From an uncultured Candidatus Binatia bacterium (GTDB taxonomy: Bacteria > Desulfobacterota > Binatia > UBA9968 > CAXXLF01): a stretch of DNA of 64,000 bases. Below, one piece after another: positions 1 through 9,453 of this stretch; position 1 is the stretch's first letter; every line of letters starts with the position of its first letter. The translations under genes were made by a program, and so were the position numbers. The notes under the pieces are model-generated. The model was not told the DNA's origin and did no database searches. It worked only from the letters and a program-made list of their open reading frames with translations. The stretch lies in the NCBI GenBank assembly GCA_965218425.1, contig OZ244621.1, forward strand, positions 3,200,001 through 3,264,000. The letters are read 5' to 3'.

Positions 1-1
1 G

Positions 2-712
2 GGACCTTCGGAGCGGGCCAAGAAGGTTCGTCAGGCTTTAACCATGGCCATTGATCACCAGGAGATTCTCGATACGATCCTAAATGGAGTTGGGACGCGG
101 GGTGCTGTTCCCTTCTTTTTCCCGGGAGAGCCTTGGACCGACCCCGGGTGGAAGCCCTCCTCATATGATCCTGAAAAGGCCAAGCGGCTGTTGGCGCAGG
201 CGGGATACCCGAATGGTTTTGAGGTAGAGCTACGTCTGGTTCCACTGGCGGGGCGTCCGGAATTACCGGAGATTGGCAAGGCAGTGGCCCTATACTGGGA
301 GCAGATCGGCATGAAAGTCAAGCAGGTGCCCATGGACTGGGGGAGGATGGTGCCTGACATCAGGAAGCGCAATATGGTTGGAGTGGTTTGGGTCTACGCG
401 GGGGTTCGGTATGATGAGCCGGTCTTTGGCCTGAAGATTTTCGGTCTCAGCCGTTCCCCCTGGAGCTTCATTGCAGAGGACAAGACCTTTGACAAGCTCA
501 TTGACAAGGCTCTGACCGAACTTGATGATCAGAAGCGGCTTGCCATTCAACGGAAGCTAGGCAAGTATATGTACGATCAGCACTTCACGGCGACCATAGG
601 TACCATGAGCGCCGTCTTTGGCGTTTCCCGGGTGATCAAGCGATGGCCGCTGGTTCAGGGTTATCCTTATCCTCTCAATTATGAGTACTTGGAGCTAGGA
701 AGCACGAAATGA
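2..712 (+). CDS. ABC transporter substrate-binding protein, family 5 (peptide/nickel); 5' end outside the window
   Basis: Frame is open from the window edge: KKVRQALTMAID, YDPEKAKRLLAQAGYPNGF motifs; followed by dppBCDF-like genes. Confidence 0.9.
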   Translation, partial: GPSERAKKVRQALTMAIDHQEILDTILNGVGTRGAVPFFFPGEPWTDPGWKPSSYDPEKAKRLLAQAGYPNGFEVELRLVPLAGRPELPEIGKAVALYWEQIGMKVKQVPMDWGRMVPDIRKRNMVGVVWVYAGVRYDEPVFGLKIFGLSRSPWSFIAEDKTFDKLIDKALTELDDQKRLAIQRKLGKYMYDQHFTATIGTMSAVFGVSRVIKRWPLVQGYPYPLNYEYLELGSTK

Positions 713-1626
713 GCGGCTTTCTCCTTTTCAGGCTGACACAGAGCTTGCTTTCGATCCTAGCCGTCTTGACCCTGGTCTTCTTCCTGGTGCGTGCGAGCGG
801 GGACCCACTTGAGCTTCTGGTTCCTCCCGAGGCCGACGAGAAAGACCGGGAGGAAATTGCTGCCTCTTTGGGATTTGATGCACCACTCCCCATTCAATTC
901 GTGCGCTATATGGCTCAAACTCTCCGAGGAGATTTGGGAGAGTCCCTGTTCAGTGGCCGACCTGTCATGACAGAGATCCTCCAGCGTCTTCCTGCCACCT
1001 TACAGCTTGGAGGTGCGGGCATCCTGATAAGCCTTCTAGTGGCCCTCCCGCTGGGCGTGTACTCGGCAGTGCATCGAGGCCGACCGCTCGATTGGATTGG
1101 GCGGGGGTTTGCCTTTCTAGGACAGTCTTCTCCCAGCTTTTGGGTTGGGATCATATTGATCCAGTTGTTTGCAGTGGTCCTGGGTTGGTTTCCGGCCGGG
1201 GGACGAGGAGGTTTGTGGCATCTTGTCCTACCGTCCTTCACCATGGGTTGGTTCGTCAGCGCCGGGATCCTGCGGATGACCCGCTCGAGCATGCTGGAGG
1301 TCCTGGGGAGTGAATATGTGAAGTTGGCCAGAAGCAAAGGCCTCAACGAATCCGTTGTGGTATGGAAGCATGCCTTTAAGAACGCGTTGCTGCCGATCAT
1401 GACATTTTCATCCATGCTCTTCGTTATCATGTTGACAGGCAGCATCGTAACAGAGACGGTTTTCGCCTGGCCCGGCGTCGGACGCCTGATCTTCGATGCT
1501 ATTTACAACCGGGACTATCCTCTGGTACAAGGCTGCGTTTTATTGCTGAGCGTGCTTTATATTGTAGCTAACTTCTTTGTGGATATAATGTATGCCTGTG
1601 TCAATCCCAAGATCCGATACCAGTGA
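709..1626 (+). CDS. Peptide/nickel ABC permease (DppB/OppB-like)
   Basis: GDLGES, RLPATLQL, EAA loop ARSKGL, ETVFAWPGVGRL, NRDYPLVQG; ATGA overlap with the upstream stop. Confidence 0.93.
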   Translation: MSGFLLFRLTQSLLSILAVLTLVFFLVRASGDPLELLVPPEADEKDREEIAASLGFDAPLPIQFVRYMAQTLRGDLGESLFSGRPVMTEILQRLPATLQLGGAGILISLLVALPLGVYSAVHRGRPLDWIGRGFAFLGQSSPSFWVGIILIQLFAVVLGWFPAGGRGGLWHLVLPSFTMGWFVSAGILRMTRSSMLEVLGSEYVKLARSKGLNESVVVWKHAFKNALLPIMTFSSMLFVIMLTGSIVTETVFAWPGVGRLIFDAIYNRDYPLVQGCVLLLSVLYIVANFFVDIMYACVNPKIRYQ

Positions 1627-2533
1627 TTCGGCGGTAGCTGGTGCGACTGTTGCGACACGAGAGCTCACTGCGATCCTGGTAGAGAAGGGCCCTAGCTGGC
1701 GGTGCGGTACTCTCCTCATGCCCGGTCTCCCCATCACTTTAATCGCTCTACTTTTTACTGTGGCGATTTTTGCCCCTTGGATAGCGCCCCATTCACCCTA
1801 CAAAGGGGGCCTGCGATACCGCCTTACACCGCCGGCCTGGATGGAAGGAGGCTCTATTGCTCACCCTCTGGGGACGGATCGTTTAGGGAGGGATCTTTTG
1901 AGCCGTATTATTCATGGAAGCCGGTTCTCGCTAAGCGTCTCACTGATTGCCATCTTGCTGTCCGGGTCTGTGGGTACAGTCATTGGGTTGGTCTCGGGCT
2001 ATAAGGGGGGTTGGGTGGATGCCTTTCTCATGCGCTTAGTTGATGTTTTTCTGTCCCTTCCTCCTCTTTTGGTTGCCATTGTGATGGCTGTGACCCTGGG
2101 ACCGAGCTTTCGCAATGTAGTTGCGGTGCTCTCAATACTACTTTGGCTCCGCTACGCGCGGCAGATACGGGGCGAGACCCTTAGCGTTCGGGAGCAGGAC
2201 TTTGTTGCGCTGGCACGTGTGGCTGGCGCGTCGGGCTCACGGATCCTGTTCCTGCACATCTTTCCAAACGTGCTCCCTTCACTTCTTGTTTTGCTTACCT
2301 GGCAGGTGGGTTTTGTAATTATTTTGGAGGCAACGCTCAGCTTCCTCGGCGTTGGCATTCCACCGCCCCACCCTTCCTGGGGACTTATCGTTGCAGAAAG
2401 CCGTGATCTCATAGCCAAGGCGTGGTGGCTTCCTCTTTTCCCTGGAGTGGCTATATTGCTCACCGTGTTTTCCTTTAACCTGTTGGGTGATTGGCTTCGG
2501 GATCGTCTCGACCCGATGCTCCAGAACCTATAA
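1592..2533 (+). CDS. Peptide/nickel ABC permease (DppC/OppC-like); start uncertain (alternative ATG 1718)
   Basis: HPLGTDRLGRDLLSR, EATLSFLGVG, NLLGDWLRDRLDP. Confidence 0.9.
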   Translation: MPVSIPRSDTSDSAVAGATVATRELTAILVEKGPSWRCGTLLMPGLPITLIALLFTVAIFAPWIAPHSPYKGGLRYRLTPPAWMEGGSIAHPLGTDRLGRDLLSRIIHGSRFSLSVSLIAILLSGSVGTVIGLVSGYKGGWVDAFLMRLVDVFLSLPPLLVAIVMAVTLGPSFRNVVAVLSILLWLRYARQIRGETLSVREQDFVALARVAGASGSRILFLHIFPNVLPSLLVLLTWQVGFVIILEATLSFLGVGIPPPHPSWGLIVAESRDLIAKAWWLPLFPGVAILLTVFSFNLLGDWLRDRLDPMLQNL

Positions 2534-2547
2534 GACCGGGAAACTCA

Positions 2548-3531
2548 ATGGGAAGTTCCCTCCTTGATGTTAGAGATCTGCAGACGCTCCTTACTACAAG
2601 ACGGGGAACGGCCACTGTAGTTGATCGGGTGAGTTTCACTATCCGTGAGGGAGAGACCCTTGGTCTGGTAGGAGAATCGGGGAGTGGCAAATCCATGACT
2701 TGCCTCTCCATCATCCGTCTGCTTCCGGACCCTATAGCGCAGATCGCGGGGGGCCAAGTGCTGTTCGAGGGGCAGGATCTTCTCAAGATGACTCGCCGGG
2801 AACTACGTCGCATCCGCGGGGGAAAGATTTCCCTAATTCTCCAAGATCCCCTCAGCTCGCTCAATCCAGCCTTTACCATTGGACATCAGGTGGCGGAATC
2901 TGTACGGCTTCACCGTCGCCTGACTCGAGCTCCCTTGTGGAATCGGGTGTTTGAGGTCCTCGCCCACCTTAGAATCCCGTCTCCCTCTCTCCGGGCTAAG
3001 CACTATCCCCACCAGCTAAGCGGAGGGATGCGCCAGCGTGTTGTGGGTGCCATCGCTCTGTCATGCGAGCCTCGTCTGCTCATTGCCGATGAGCCCACCA
3101 CCTCTCTCGATGTAACTATTCAGGCCCAGTACCTGGATCTACTTCGGGAGATCCAGCAGGCCACGGGCCTAGCCATTCTCTTTGTGACCCACGACTTCGG
3201 CATCGTTGCCAGGCTGTGTGATCGGGTTGCCGTTATGTACGCTGGGAAGATCGTAGAAGAGGCGCCCGTTCGGGACCTCTTCACCCACACTTCCCATCCC
3301 TACACGGAGGCTCTGCTGCGCTCCGTGCCTCCGCTAAAGAAGACCCCGACGGAGCTTTCTTCCATCGCTGGCCAGCCACCCAGTTTACACGAACTCCCTT
3401 CTGGATGTGCTTTTTCACCGCGCTGCCCATATGTCATGGCGCGCTGCCACCAAGAAGTACCGCCCTTTTTCACCATTACACCATCCCACCGAGCAAGCTG
3501 TTGGCGGCTGGCGGCTGATTCCAATGCTTGA
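2548..3531 (+). CDS. Oligopeptide ABC ATPase (DppD/OppD-like)
   Basis: Walker [24 protein letters not shown]-terminal GCAFSPRC. Confidence 0.93.
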   Translation: MGSSLLDVRDLQTLLTTRRGTATVVDRVSFTIREGETLGLVGESGSGKSMTCLSIIRLLPDPIAQIAGGQVLFEGQDLLKMTRRELRRIRGGKISLILQDPLSSLNPAFTIGHQVAESVRLHRRLTRAPLWNRVFEVLAHLRIPSPSLRAKHYPHQLSGGMRQRVVGAIALSCEPRLLIADEPTTSLDVTIQAQYLDLLREIQQATGLAILFVTHDFGIVARLCDRVAVMYAGKIVEEAPVRDLFTHTSHPYTEALLRSVPPLKKTPTELSSIAGQPPSLHELPSGCAFSPRCPYVMARCHQEVPPFFTITPSHRASCWRLAADSNA

Positions 3532-4498
3532 GGTGGTTGGTCTCCGTAAGGAGTTTCGCGCTTCCAGTGGTGTATTGTTTGCACACCATCAGGGCTGGGT
3601 CCGGGCGGTAGATGGTGTCTCATTCAACATTAACCGTGGGGAGACCTTCGGCCTGGTTGGAGAATCGGGCTGCGGCAAAACAACCACGGCGCGTCTGATT
3701 CTTCGGCTTGAGGTGCCTACTGCAGGAACCATACGCTTTCAAGGACAAGAGATTACCTCCCTTTCCCGTCCCGAACTGGTTTCCTTCCGGCGCTCAGTTC
3801 AGGCTGTATTCCAGGATCCCTGGAGTTCCCTGAACCCTCGCATGCGCGTTGGCTCCATCATCGCCGAACCCATGCAGATCAATCTGAATCTCTCAGGTCA
3901 CACAATCCGAGAGCGGGTGGGCGCACTTCTGAACCGTGTTGGCCTTAACCCTGATGATGCCTCGCGTTACCCGCACCAGTTCAGTGGCGGCCAGCGCCAG
4001 CGGATTGTTTTGGCCCGTGCCCTGGGGCCTCAACCCCAGCTTATTATCCTTGATGAGCCGGTCTCGGCGCTGGACGTCTCAGTGCGGGCGCAGATTATGA
4101 ACCTATTGAAGTCTCTGCAGAGTACAGACTCACTCAGCTACCTCCTCATCGCTCATCACCTCTCGACGGTCCGCTATCTGTGCCACAGAGTCGGCGTCAT
4201 GTACCTTGGACGGCTGGTGGAAGTCGCGGGTACTGAGACTCTCTTTGAGGAACCTCTGCATCCTTACACTCAAGGGCTTCTCGCTGCGGCCTTGCCGGTT
4301 GACCCGGATATGGCACAAGAACAGCCCATACCTGCCGGCGAGATTCCATCACCGATGGCTCCACCGCCGGGCTGTCACTATCACCCCCGTTGCCCCTTCG
4401 CCTTTGAGCTATGCCGGCGCATGGAGCCATCTCTGCAAGAAGTCAAGCCTGGCCACCGAGTGGCTTGCCACCTTTACAATCTACCGGACAAATGCTGA
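3524..4498 (+). CDS. Oligopeptide ABC ATPase (DppF/OppF-like)
   Basis: [35 protein letters not shown]...VACH. Confidence 0.93.
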   Translation: MLEVVGLRKEFRASSGVLFAHHQGWVRAVDGVSFNINRGETFGLVGESGCGKTTTARLILRLEVPTAGTIRFQGQEITSLSRPELVSFRRSVQAVFQDPWSSLNPRMRVGSIIAEPMQINLNLSGHTIRERVGALLNRVGLNPDDASRYPHQFSGGQRQRIVLARALGPQPQLIILDEPVSALDVSVRAQIMNLLKSLQSTDSLSYLLIAHHLSTVRYLCHRVGVMYLGRLVEVAGTETLFEEPLHPYTQGLLAAALPVDPDMAQEQPIPAGEIPSPMAPPPGCHYHPRCPFAFELCRRMEPSLQEVKPGHRVACHLYNLPDKC

Positions 4499-4790
4499 CG
4501 ATCCGCGCGGTAGGACATGAGCCCACCTGCCTTCACAAATCCACTCGGAGCATATATCGTAGACAGCCGTCTCTTGGCCGTGAACTCAATGATCCGTGAT
4601 CGATGATCTAGGGATGAACGCGGAATGTGCAACCAAAAGTGTATCAGGGGTCTCCTGGATGATGGCAGAGAAGGCGCTCTCAAGACCGTCCCACACATCC
4701 AGGGGTTGAATCTGAACACCCAAAGCCTGTCGTGCGGCCTCGATTTTTTTCATCCCATGTTCTATCTAGTTGATATTCGGTTCAGAGGAT
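4490..4790 (-). pseudogene. Internal fragment of an ABC_sub_bind (Trp/Tyr-type) substrate-binding protein, frameshifted
   Basis: Minus-strand frames read ALGVQIQPLDV...ESAFSAIIQETPDTLLV and HRSRIIEFTAKRRLSTIY...FVKAGGLMSY; boundaries approximate. Confidence 0.65.
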
Positions 4791-4846
4791 AGCCGCACAA
4801 GAGATTCCTGGAAACGCCTCTTTGAGTAGCTCTATGACGCCCTCAC

Positions 4847-5464
4847 CTATTGTTTCTTTCTTTTTTCCGCGTCTCTTACTGCCTCGTTAAACACCTTGAG
4901 CACAGGTCTCATGGAGATCCGTTGCCAATTCTCAGTATTTATATACTTGACACCCTTCTGAGGCAGCCGTGAAGGCATGATGATGTCTTTCGGGATGTCG
5001 ATCCGGCGCGAATTTGTTGAACCGCCTCCTACCGATTGCAGCGCGATCTGTCCCTCGCGTGAGAGTACCCAGTTGATGAAGACCTTCGCCGCGTTAGGGT
5101 GGCGCGGCCTATTGACAAGGCTTATACCGCCCCCGCTGACAATCAACCCCGCCCCTTCTTTCATCAATCCAAAGCCTTGTACCGGAAGTCCCTGAGCTTT
5201 GCCTGTTTGTATCCGCGTGTGGTTACAGAAAATGCAAATCGGGTATTTGCCGGTGGCAAGCCAATCTATTCCCTGTCGTTGATCGCGGAAAAGGGTGATA
5301 TCCATTTCGCCGAACAGACGCCGGATGAATTTAGGGCCCAATTGAGGACTGTAATAGAACATTCTCATGGTAACGCTGCCTGGGCCTGGGGATCGGATAT
5401 CTCGCGCCGACATTTTCCCTTTCAGTTCGGGACGGAGAAAATCCCAGAAGGATCGAAAGTCCTT
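4847..5464 (-). pseudogene. C-terminal half of an extracellular solute-binding protein (Fe3+/thiamine-type); N-terminus lost
   Basis: SFWDFLRPELKGK...PRHPNAAKVFINWVLSREGQ; a stop codon lies immediately upstream and there is no signal peptide. Confidence 0.75.
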
Positions 5465-5594
5465 TTACCCAGGACGCAACTCAAGAGCTAATTCATAGCG
5501 TCTTGAGGCAGTTGGGTTGTTCAGGGGCGGATGATCACATCACCTCCAACAAGCTCTGCTCCAGCTATTGGCACAAACGTGCGTCCATCAAATA

Positions 5595-5852
5595 TTACCC
5601 CTTTCCTTCCAGGGCCATGCTGAAGGTATCCTGGGCCGCTGCCCCCCCGTCAGCCGCCTCCACTTTGAACTGATATACGGCGTTCTCGACGATCTTCTCA
5701 TTCACCGTCGTAATGGACCAGGCTTGTTCAATTATGGTGACGCGGTTGTTGACCACCTTCATAGGCGTCAAGTCCACTCGGGCCGTGCTCACAACCGCAT
5801 AATTTCTTCAAATGGCCCGGGAATTCATCACTTCCATGTCGGATCTGGTCAT
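5595..5852 (-). pseudogene. Short degenerate ORF of unknown function with one in-frame TGA
   Basis: MTRSDMEVMNSRAI*RNYAVVSTARVDLTPMKVV...; coding-like codon usage only. Confidence 0.25.
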
Positions 5853-5992
5853 ACGATACCTGTGAGAAGTGGTCTGTAGACGAATCTCACGGACCAAATC
5901 ATAAAGGAAGTCTTTGAAAAATGTTCATAAGGTGTTTACATGAGAAGGAGGCCGAATCTAGGGAACCGGCTAAGTCTATGAATTTGCAGTGA

Positions 5993-6082
5993 GGAGGGGT
6001 GGGTGAGCGGTTTAAACCACCGGTCTTGAAAACCGGCGACCATTTGCGTGGTCCGCGAGTTCGAATCTCGCCCCCTCCGCCA
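5993..6082 (+). tRNA. tRNA-Ser (anticodon TGA)
   Basis: Acceptor stem GGAGGGG/CCCCTCC + G-CCA; anticodon arm CCGGT-CTTGAAA-ACCGG; long variable arm; T-loop GTTCGAATC. Confidence 0.97.
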
Positions 6083-6194
6083 ATTTGTCTGTCCCACCAA
6101 AAAACCACGTGCCGGCAGGAATTCCCCTCCACCCCACCGTATCCAGGTAGAACTCTATTCTTGTCCTCGAAGGGGAGGTGGGCCCACAGAGAAT

Positions 6195-6440
6195 TTACTC
6201 CACACATGGATGAATCATATGATTTAGGAAGAGACGGCTCGGTGTGTGCGGTAGGAGGTTACTCGAATTGTTTCTAACCTGTTCAAAGGCTTTGAGCAGA
6301 TCCGTGGAAATAACGATCCCGCAGACTTGGTCGCCATCATCCACCACAGGTAAGCAGTTTATTCGGCGCGTAAGAATTTCCTCTACAGCGACTGAGAGAG
6401 GGGGATTGCGTTTTACTTTCACTACATTTTGCGTCATCAC
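6195..6440 (-). pseudogene. Single CBS-domain fragment
   Basis: MTQNVVKV...RRINCLPVVDDGDQVCGIVISTDLLKAF; only one CBS repeat. Confidence 0.6.
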
Positions 6441-6536
6441 TTAGCTAGGGTATAAAGGTCGAGGAAAGATTCAATTAGAATGGTTTACATTCCAGATTTT
6501 ATGAGGGAAAATAGCCCTTGGAAATACTTTTTCGTG

Positions 6537-6941
6537 ATGGAAACGCTTTACCAAAAAATCGGCGGCGAGGACAAGCTGAAGCAGATCATCGACACATTTA
6601 TCGAACGGGTCTTCGATGACAGGATGATTGGTTTCTTCTTTCGCAACGTCGACAAGGCGCGGATCAAGGAAATGGAGTATCAATTGACTGCAAAATTCCT
6701 GGGTGCCGAGATTGAGTATAAAGGAATGCCCCTTGATGAGGTCCACGCAAAGCACCCCATTATGGGAGGGCAGTTCATGCGCAGGTTGCAAATATTGCGT
6801 GAAACCCTCGAGTTTTACAAGGTCCCTGATGAAGTTCGTGACGCCTGGCTCTCACACACCGAAGGACTCCGACCACTGATTACCCAAGACGCTGGCTCAG
6901 ATTGTGATCCCCAGCAGGCAAGAAAAAGAATACTCGGGTAG
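6537..6941 (+). CDS. Group 1 truncated hemoglobin (GlbN-like)
   Basis: TLYQKIGG, IGFFF (CD1 Phe), LGA..YKG, proximal His in EVHAKH. Confidence 0.85.
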   Translation: METLYQKIGGEDKLKQIIDTFIERVFDDRMIGFFFRNVDKARIKEMEYQLTAKFLGAEIEYKGMPLDEVHAKHPIMGGQFMRRLQILRETLEFYKVPDEVRDAWLSHTEGLRPLITQDAGSDCDPQQARKRILG

Positions 6942-7034
6942 AGATCAAACGGCGGTTCCTGTAGGAGAGTCTCCTCACATTTTTGTGGTAAGTCCTATCC
7001 CCACTCCTCTTCTCCGGCGAAATCTTTCATTCCT

Positions 7035-8333
7035 ATGACGGTGATGAACCCCTCTGGACACAGTCGGCTGATATCAGTCTTTAGGGTGCTGTTCAGTAGC
7101 CGCATGATTGTGGCGCTCCTCATGGGATTTTCCTGTGGCTTGCCTTTGTTGTTAACTATTTCCGTACTACAGGCCTGGATGAAAGATGAGGGGGTTGATC
7201 TGAGCGTCATAGGGTTGATGGCCCTGGTGGGGCTTCCGTATACCCTCAAGTTTCTCTGGGCGCCGGTTTTGGATCGTTTTACCTTGTCTTTGTTGGGGCG
7301 GCCACTTCTGGGTCGTCGAAGGGGCTGGCTGTTGGTGATTCAGACTGCATTAATGCTCTCCATCTCAGGTTTGGGCTTCACCCGTCCCTTGGAAAGCCCA
7401 TGGATGGTAGCTTTTGTGGCCTTTCTCGTAACCTTTTTCAGCGCCAGCCAGGATATTGTGGTGGACGCCTACCGTCGAGAGGACCTTGCAGACGAGGAAC
7501 TGGGGCTCGGCTCATCGCTTTACGTCAATGGCTACCGTGTGGGTATGTTAGTGGCCTCGGGGGGCGGGCTGATCCTGGCCGATCAAATATCTTTTACATG
7601 GGTGTATCAGATTATGGCCGCGGGGATGCTGGTGGGAATCGTCACAACGCTACTCGCCCACGAACCCCAAGTTGCTCAAGGCACGCCTCGATCAATGAAA
7701 GAGGCGGTGATTGCCCCCTTTGCGGATTACTTTGCACGCAAAGAGGCATGGGTCATCCTTGCCTTCATTTTGCTCTACAAAATCGGTGACACCATGGCGA
7801 GCGCCATGACCATACCTTTCTATCTTGATATCGGTTTTTCGAAAACCGAGATCGGTACCGTGGTTAAGCTTTTTGGATTTTGGGCAACCATCGCCGGCAG
7901 TGTCCTGGGCGGCCTCATGATGTTGTCCCTTGGCATCTACCGGTCCCTCTGGGTATTTGGCTTTCTTCAGACCATATCCACGGCTGGTTTTGTTATTCTA
8001 GCTCAACTGGGTTACAACCTGCTGGGTCTGGCCGGTGTGATCGCCTTCGAAAATCTAAGTGGTGGGATGGGGACCTCGGCCTATGTGGCCTTTATGGCGA
8101 GCCTCACCAACAAGAAATTCACCGCCACCCAGTATGCATTGCTCACTGGACTGATGGGTGTGCCTAGGGTGCTGGCATCCGCACCCACGGGATACCTTGC
8201 CGAGATCATGGGATGGAAAGGGTTTTTCACTCTCTGTACGCTTATCGCCATCCCTGGGCTGTTGCTGCTGCTGCGCCTTTCTCACATGCATGCGGATGGT
8301 CGAGACACCGGCCGTGCTGTGGAATCCGCATAG
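7035..8333 (+). CDS. ampG: AmpG-family muropeptide MFS transporter
   Basis: GFSCGLPL, LKFLWAP, GRRRGW, SASQDIVVDAYRRE, TATQYALL. Confidence 0.92.
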   Translation: MTVMNPSGHSRLISVFRVLFSSRMIVALLMGFSCGLPLLLTISVLQAWMKDEGVDLSVIGLMALVGLPYTLKFLWAPVLDRFTLSLLGRPLLGRRRGWLLVIQTALMLSISGLGFTRPLESPWMVAFVAFLVTFFSASQDIVVDAYRREDLADEELGLGSSLYVNGYRVGMLVASGGGLILADQISFTWVYQIMAAGMLVGIVTTLLAHEPQVAQGTPRSMKEAVIAPFADYFARKEAWVILAFILLYKIGDTMASAMTIPFYLDIGFSKTEIGTVVKLFGFWATIAGSVLGGLMMLSLGIYRSLWVFGFLQTISTAGFVILAQLGYNLLGLAGVIAFENLSGGMGTSAYVAFMASLTNKKFTATQYALLTGLMGVPRVLASAPTGYLAEIMGWKGFFTLCTLIAIPGLLLLLRLSHMHADGRDTGRAVESA

Positions 8334-8432
8334 AAACCGACCCTGGGATTTTTTTGGCCTCGTTTTGCATTTCGTGTGTGGATTCGTAACCCAGTCAGTT
8401 TCACTTTGCTACTACAGTGTGGAGTCGTAACC

Positions 8433-8462
8433 TTGACAACCTCCACCTTTGGAACCTATACT
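8433..8462 (+). promoter_or_regulatory. sigma70-type promoter for the 8532 gene
   Basis: TTGACA-18 bp-TATACT; AGGAGG RBS before ATG 8532. Confidence 0.6.
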
Positions 8463-8531
8463 CCCCTGCAGTTTTAATTTTTGCTAGTGCCATCATGGAG
8501 AGCAAGGGTCCATCCCTAGGAGGTCAGAATT

Positions 8532-9329
8532 ATGCCGAATCCCTTACCGGATCTGGAGCTCGGAAAGAAAATGAGAGAGCAGGAGGCCAAGGAGTACGTG
8601 GACGTGCTCTATCAGAACATGCATGAGCGCTGGGAGCAAAAGGTCAACCAGGGTAATTTCATGCGTGAGGTTATCGCCGGATCCCTACCCATGGAAGGCA
8701 TTCGCCTCTTCTGGCAGAACTGGTCCTACTATGTGTTCGAAGTCAACAACATCATCGCATCCACCTATCAAAAGCACATCGGGTTTTTCAAAAGACATCC
8801 GGACCTCCTGGCAAGTTTTAGCGCGAAGGTCGCTGATGAGTATATTTACCCCCGTCCCCCGGGACATGTCCTTCTGGTATTGGAACAGGGGAAGGTCTTC
8901 GGACTAACCGAGGAAGACATGATCGCCTGCGAGATGATGGCGGATTGCAGGGGAATTCTTGAGTTCAAACGGGGGCTCCTGCACGAGGGAACGATCCTGG
9001 AATGGTGGTCTTCCGTGGCCACGGAAGAGCCCATTGGCCATTGGGCCGGGAAGTGGAAAGAGTCGCTAACCAAACGGTATGGTTTGCCCCTGGCTCAGGC
9101 GAAATATTTTCAGACCCATGAGGAAGCCGATCTCGAGGAACATGAGGGTGTTTTGGGCCATGGTGATTTCAATCGAGCCGTATTGCAGCGTTTGCTTCAA
9201 ACCGGAATGGTTGACTTGAGGCCCGGTTTCTCGCCGCAGTACGTGGTTGATGTCTCCGTTGATTTTTACGGCCTTTTCTTTGAGGGTGTCTACCAAGCGG
9301 TGAAAGAGAAAAAAGTAGTTGCCGCGTAA
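8532..9329 (+). CDS. Heme-oxygenase-like / TenA-PqqC-CADD family iron-containing redox enzyme
   Basis: All-helical pattern with DE...GH, E, YFQTHEEAD...H metal-ligand spacing. Confidence 0.7.
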   Translation: MPNPLPDLELGKKMREQEAKEYVDVLYQNMHERWEQKVNQGNFMREVIAGSLPMEGIRLFWQNWSYYVFEVNNIIASTYQKHIGFFKRHPDLLASFSAKVADEYIYPRPPGHVLLVLEQGKVFGLTEEDMIACEMMADCRGILEFKRGLLHEGTILEWWSSVATEEPIGHWAGKWKESLTKRYGLPLAQAKYFQTHEEADLEEHEGVLGHGDFNRAVLQRLLQTGMVDLRPGFSPQYVVDVSVDFYGLFFEGVYQAVKEKKVVAA

Positions 9330-9453
9330 CGCTGTTAACGGGTGAGGCGTCGACGAGACAAGGGCACTACTGCACGCGAGGATTATCCGGCTGGCGGACC
9401 CGTGAATCTGCCCATGATCGGTTGGTGCATAGGGCTCATCAGAGGGTGTGTCC

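Noticed and set aside
5993..6082. tRNA-Ser as the attachment site of an integrated element
   Set aside because: No integrase, and no convincing duplicate of the tRNA 3' end was found by eye
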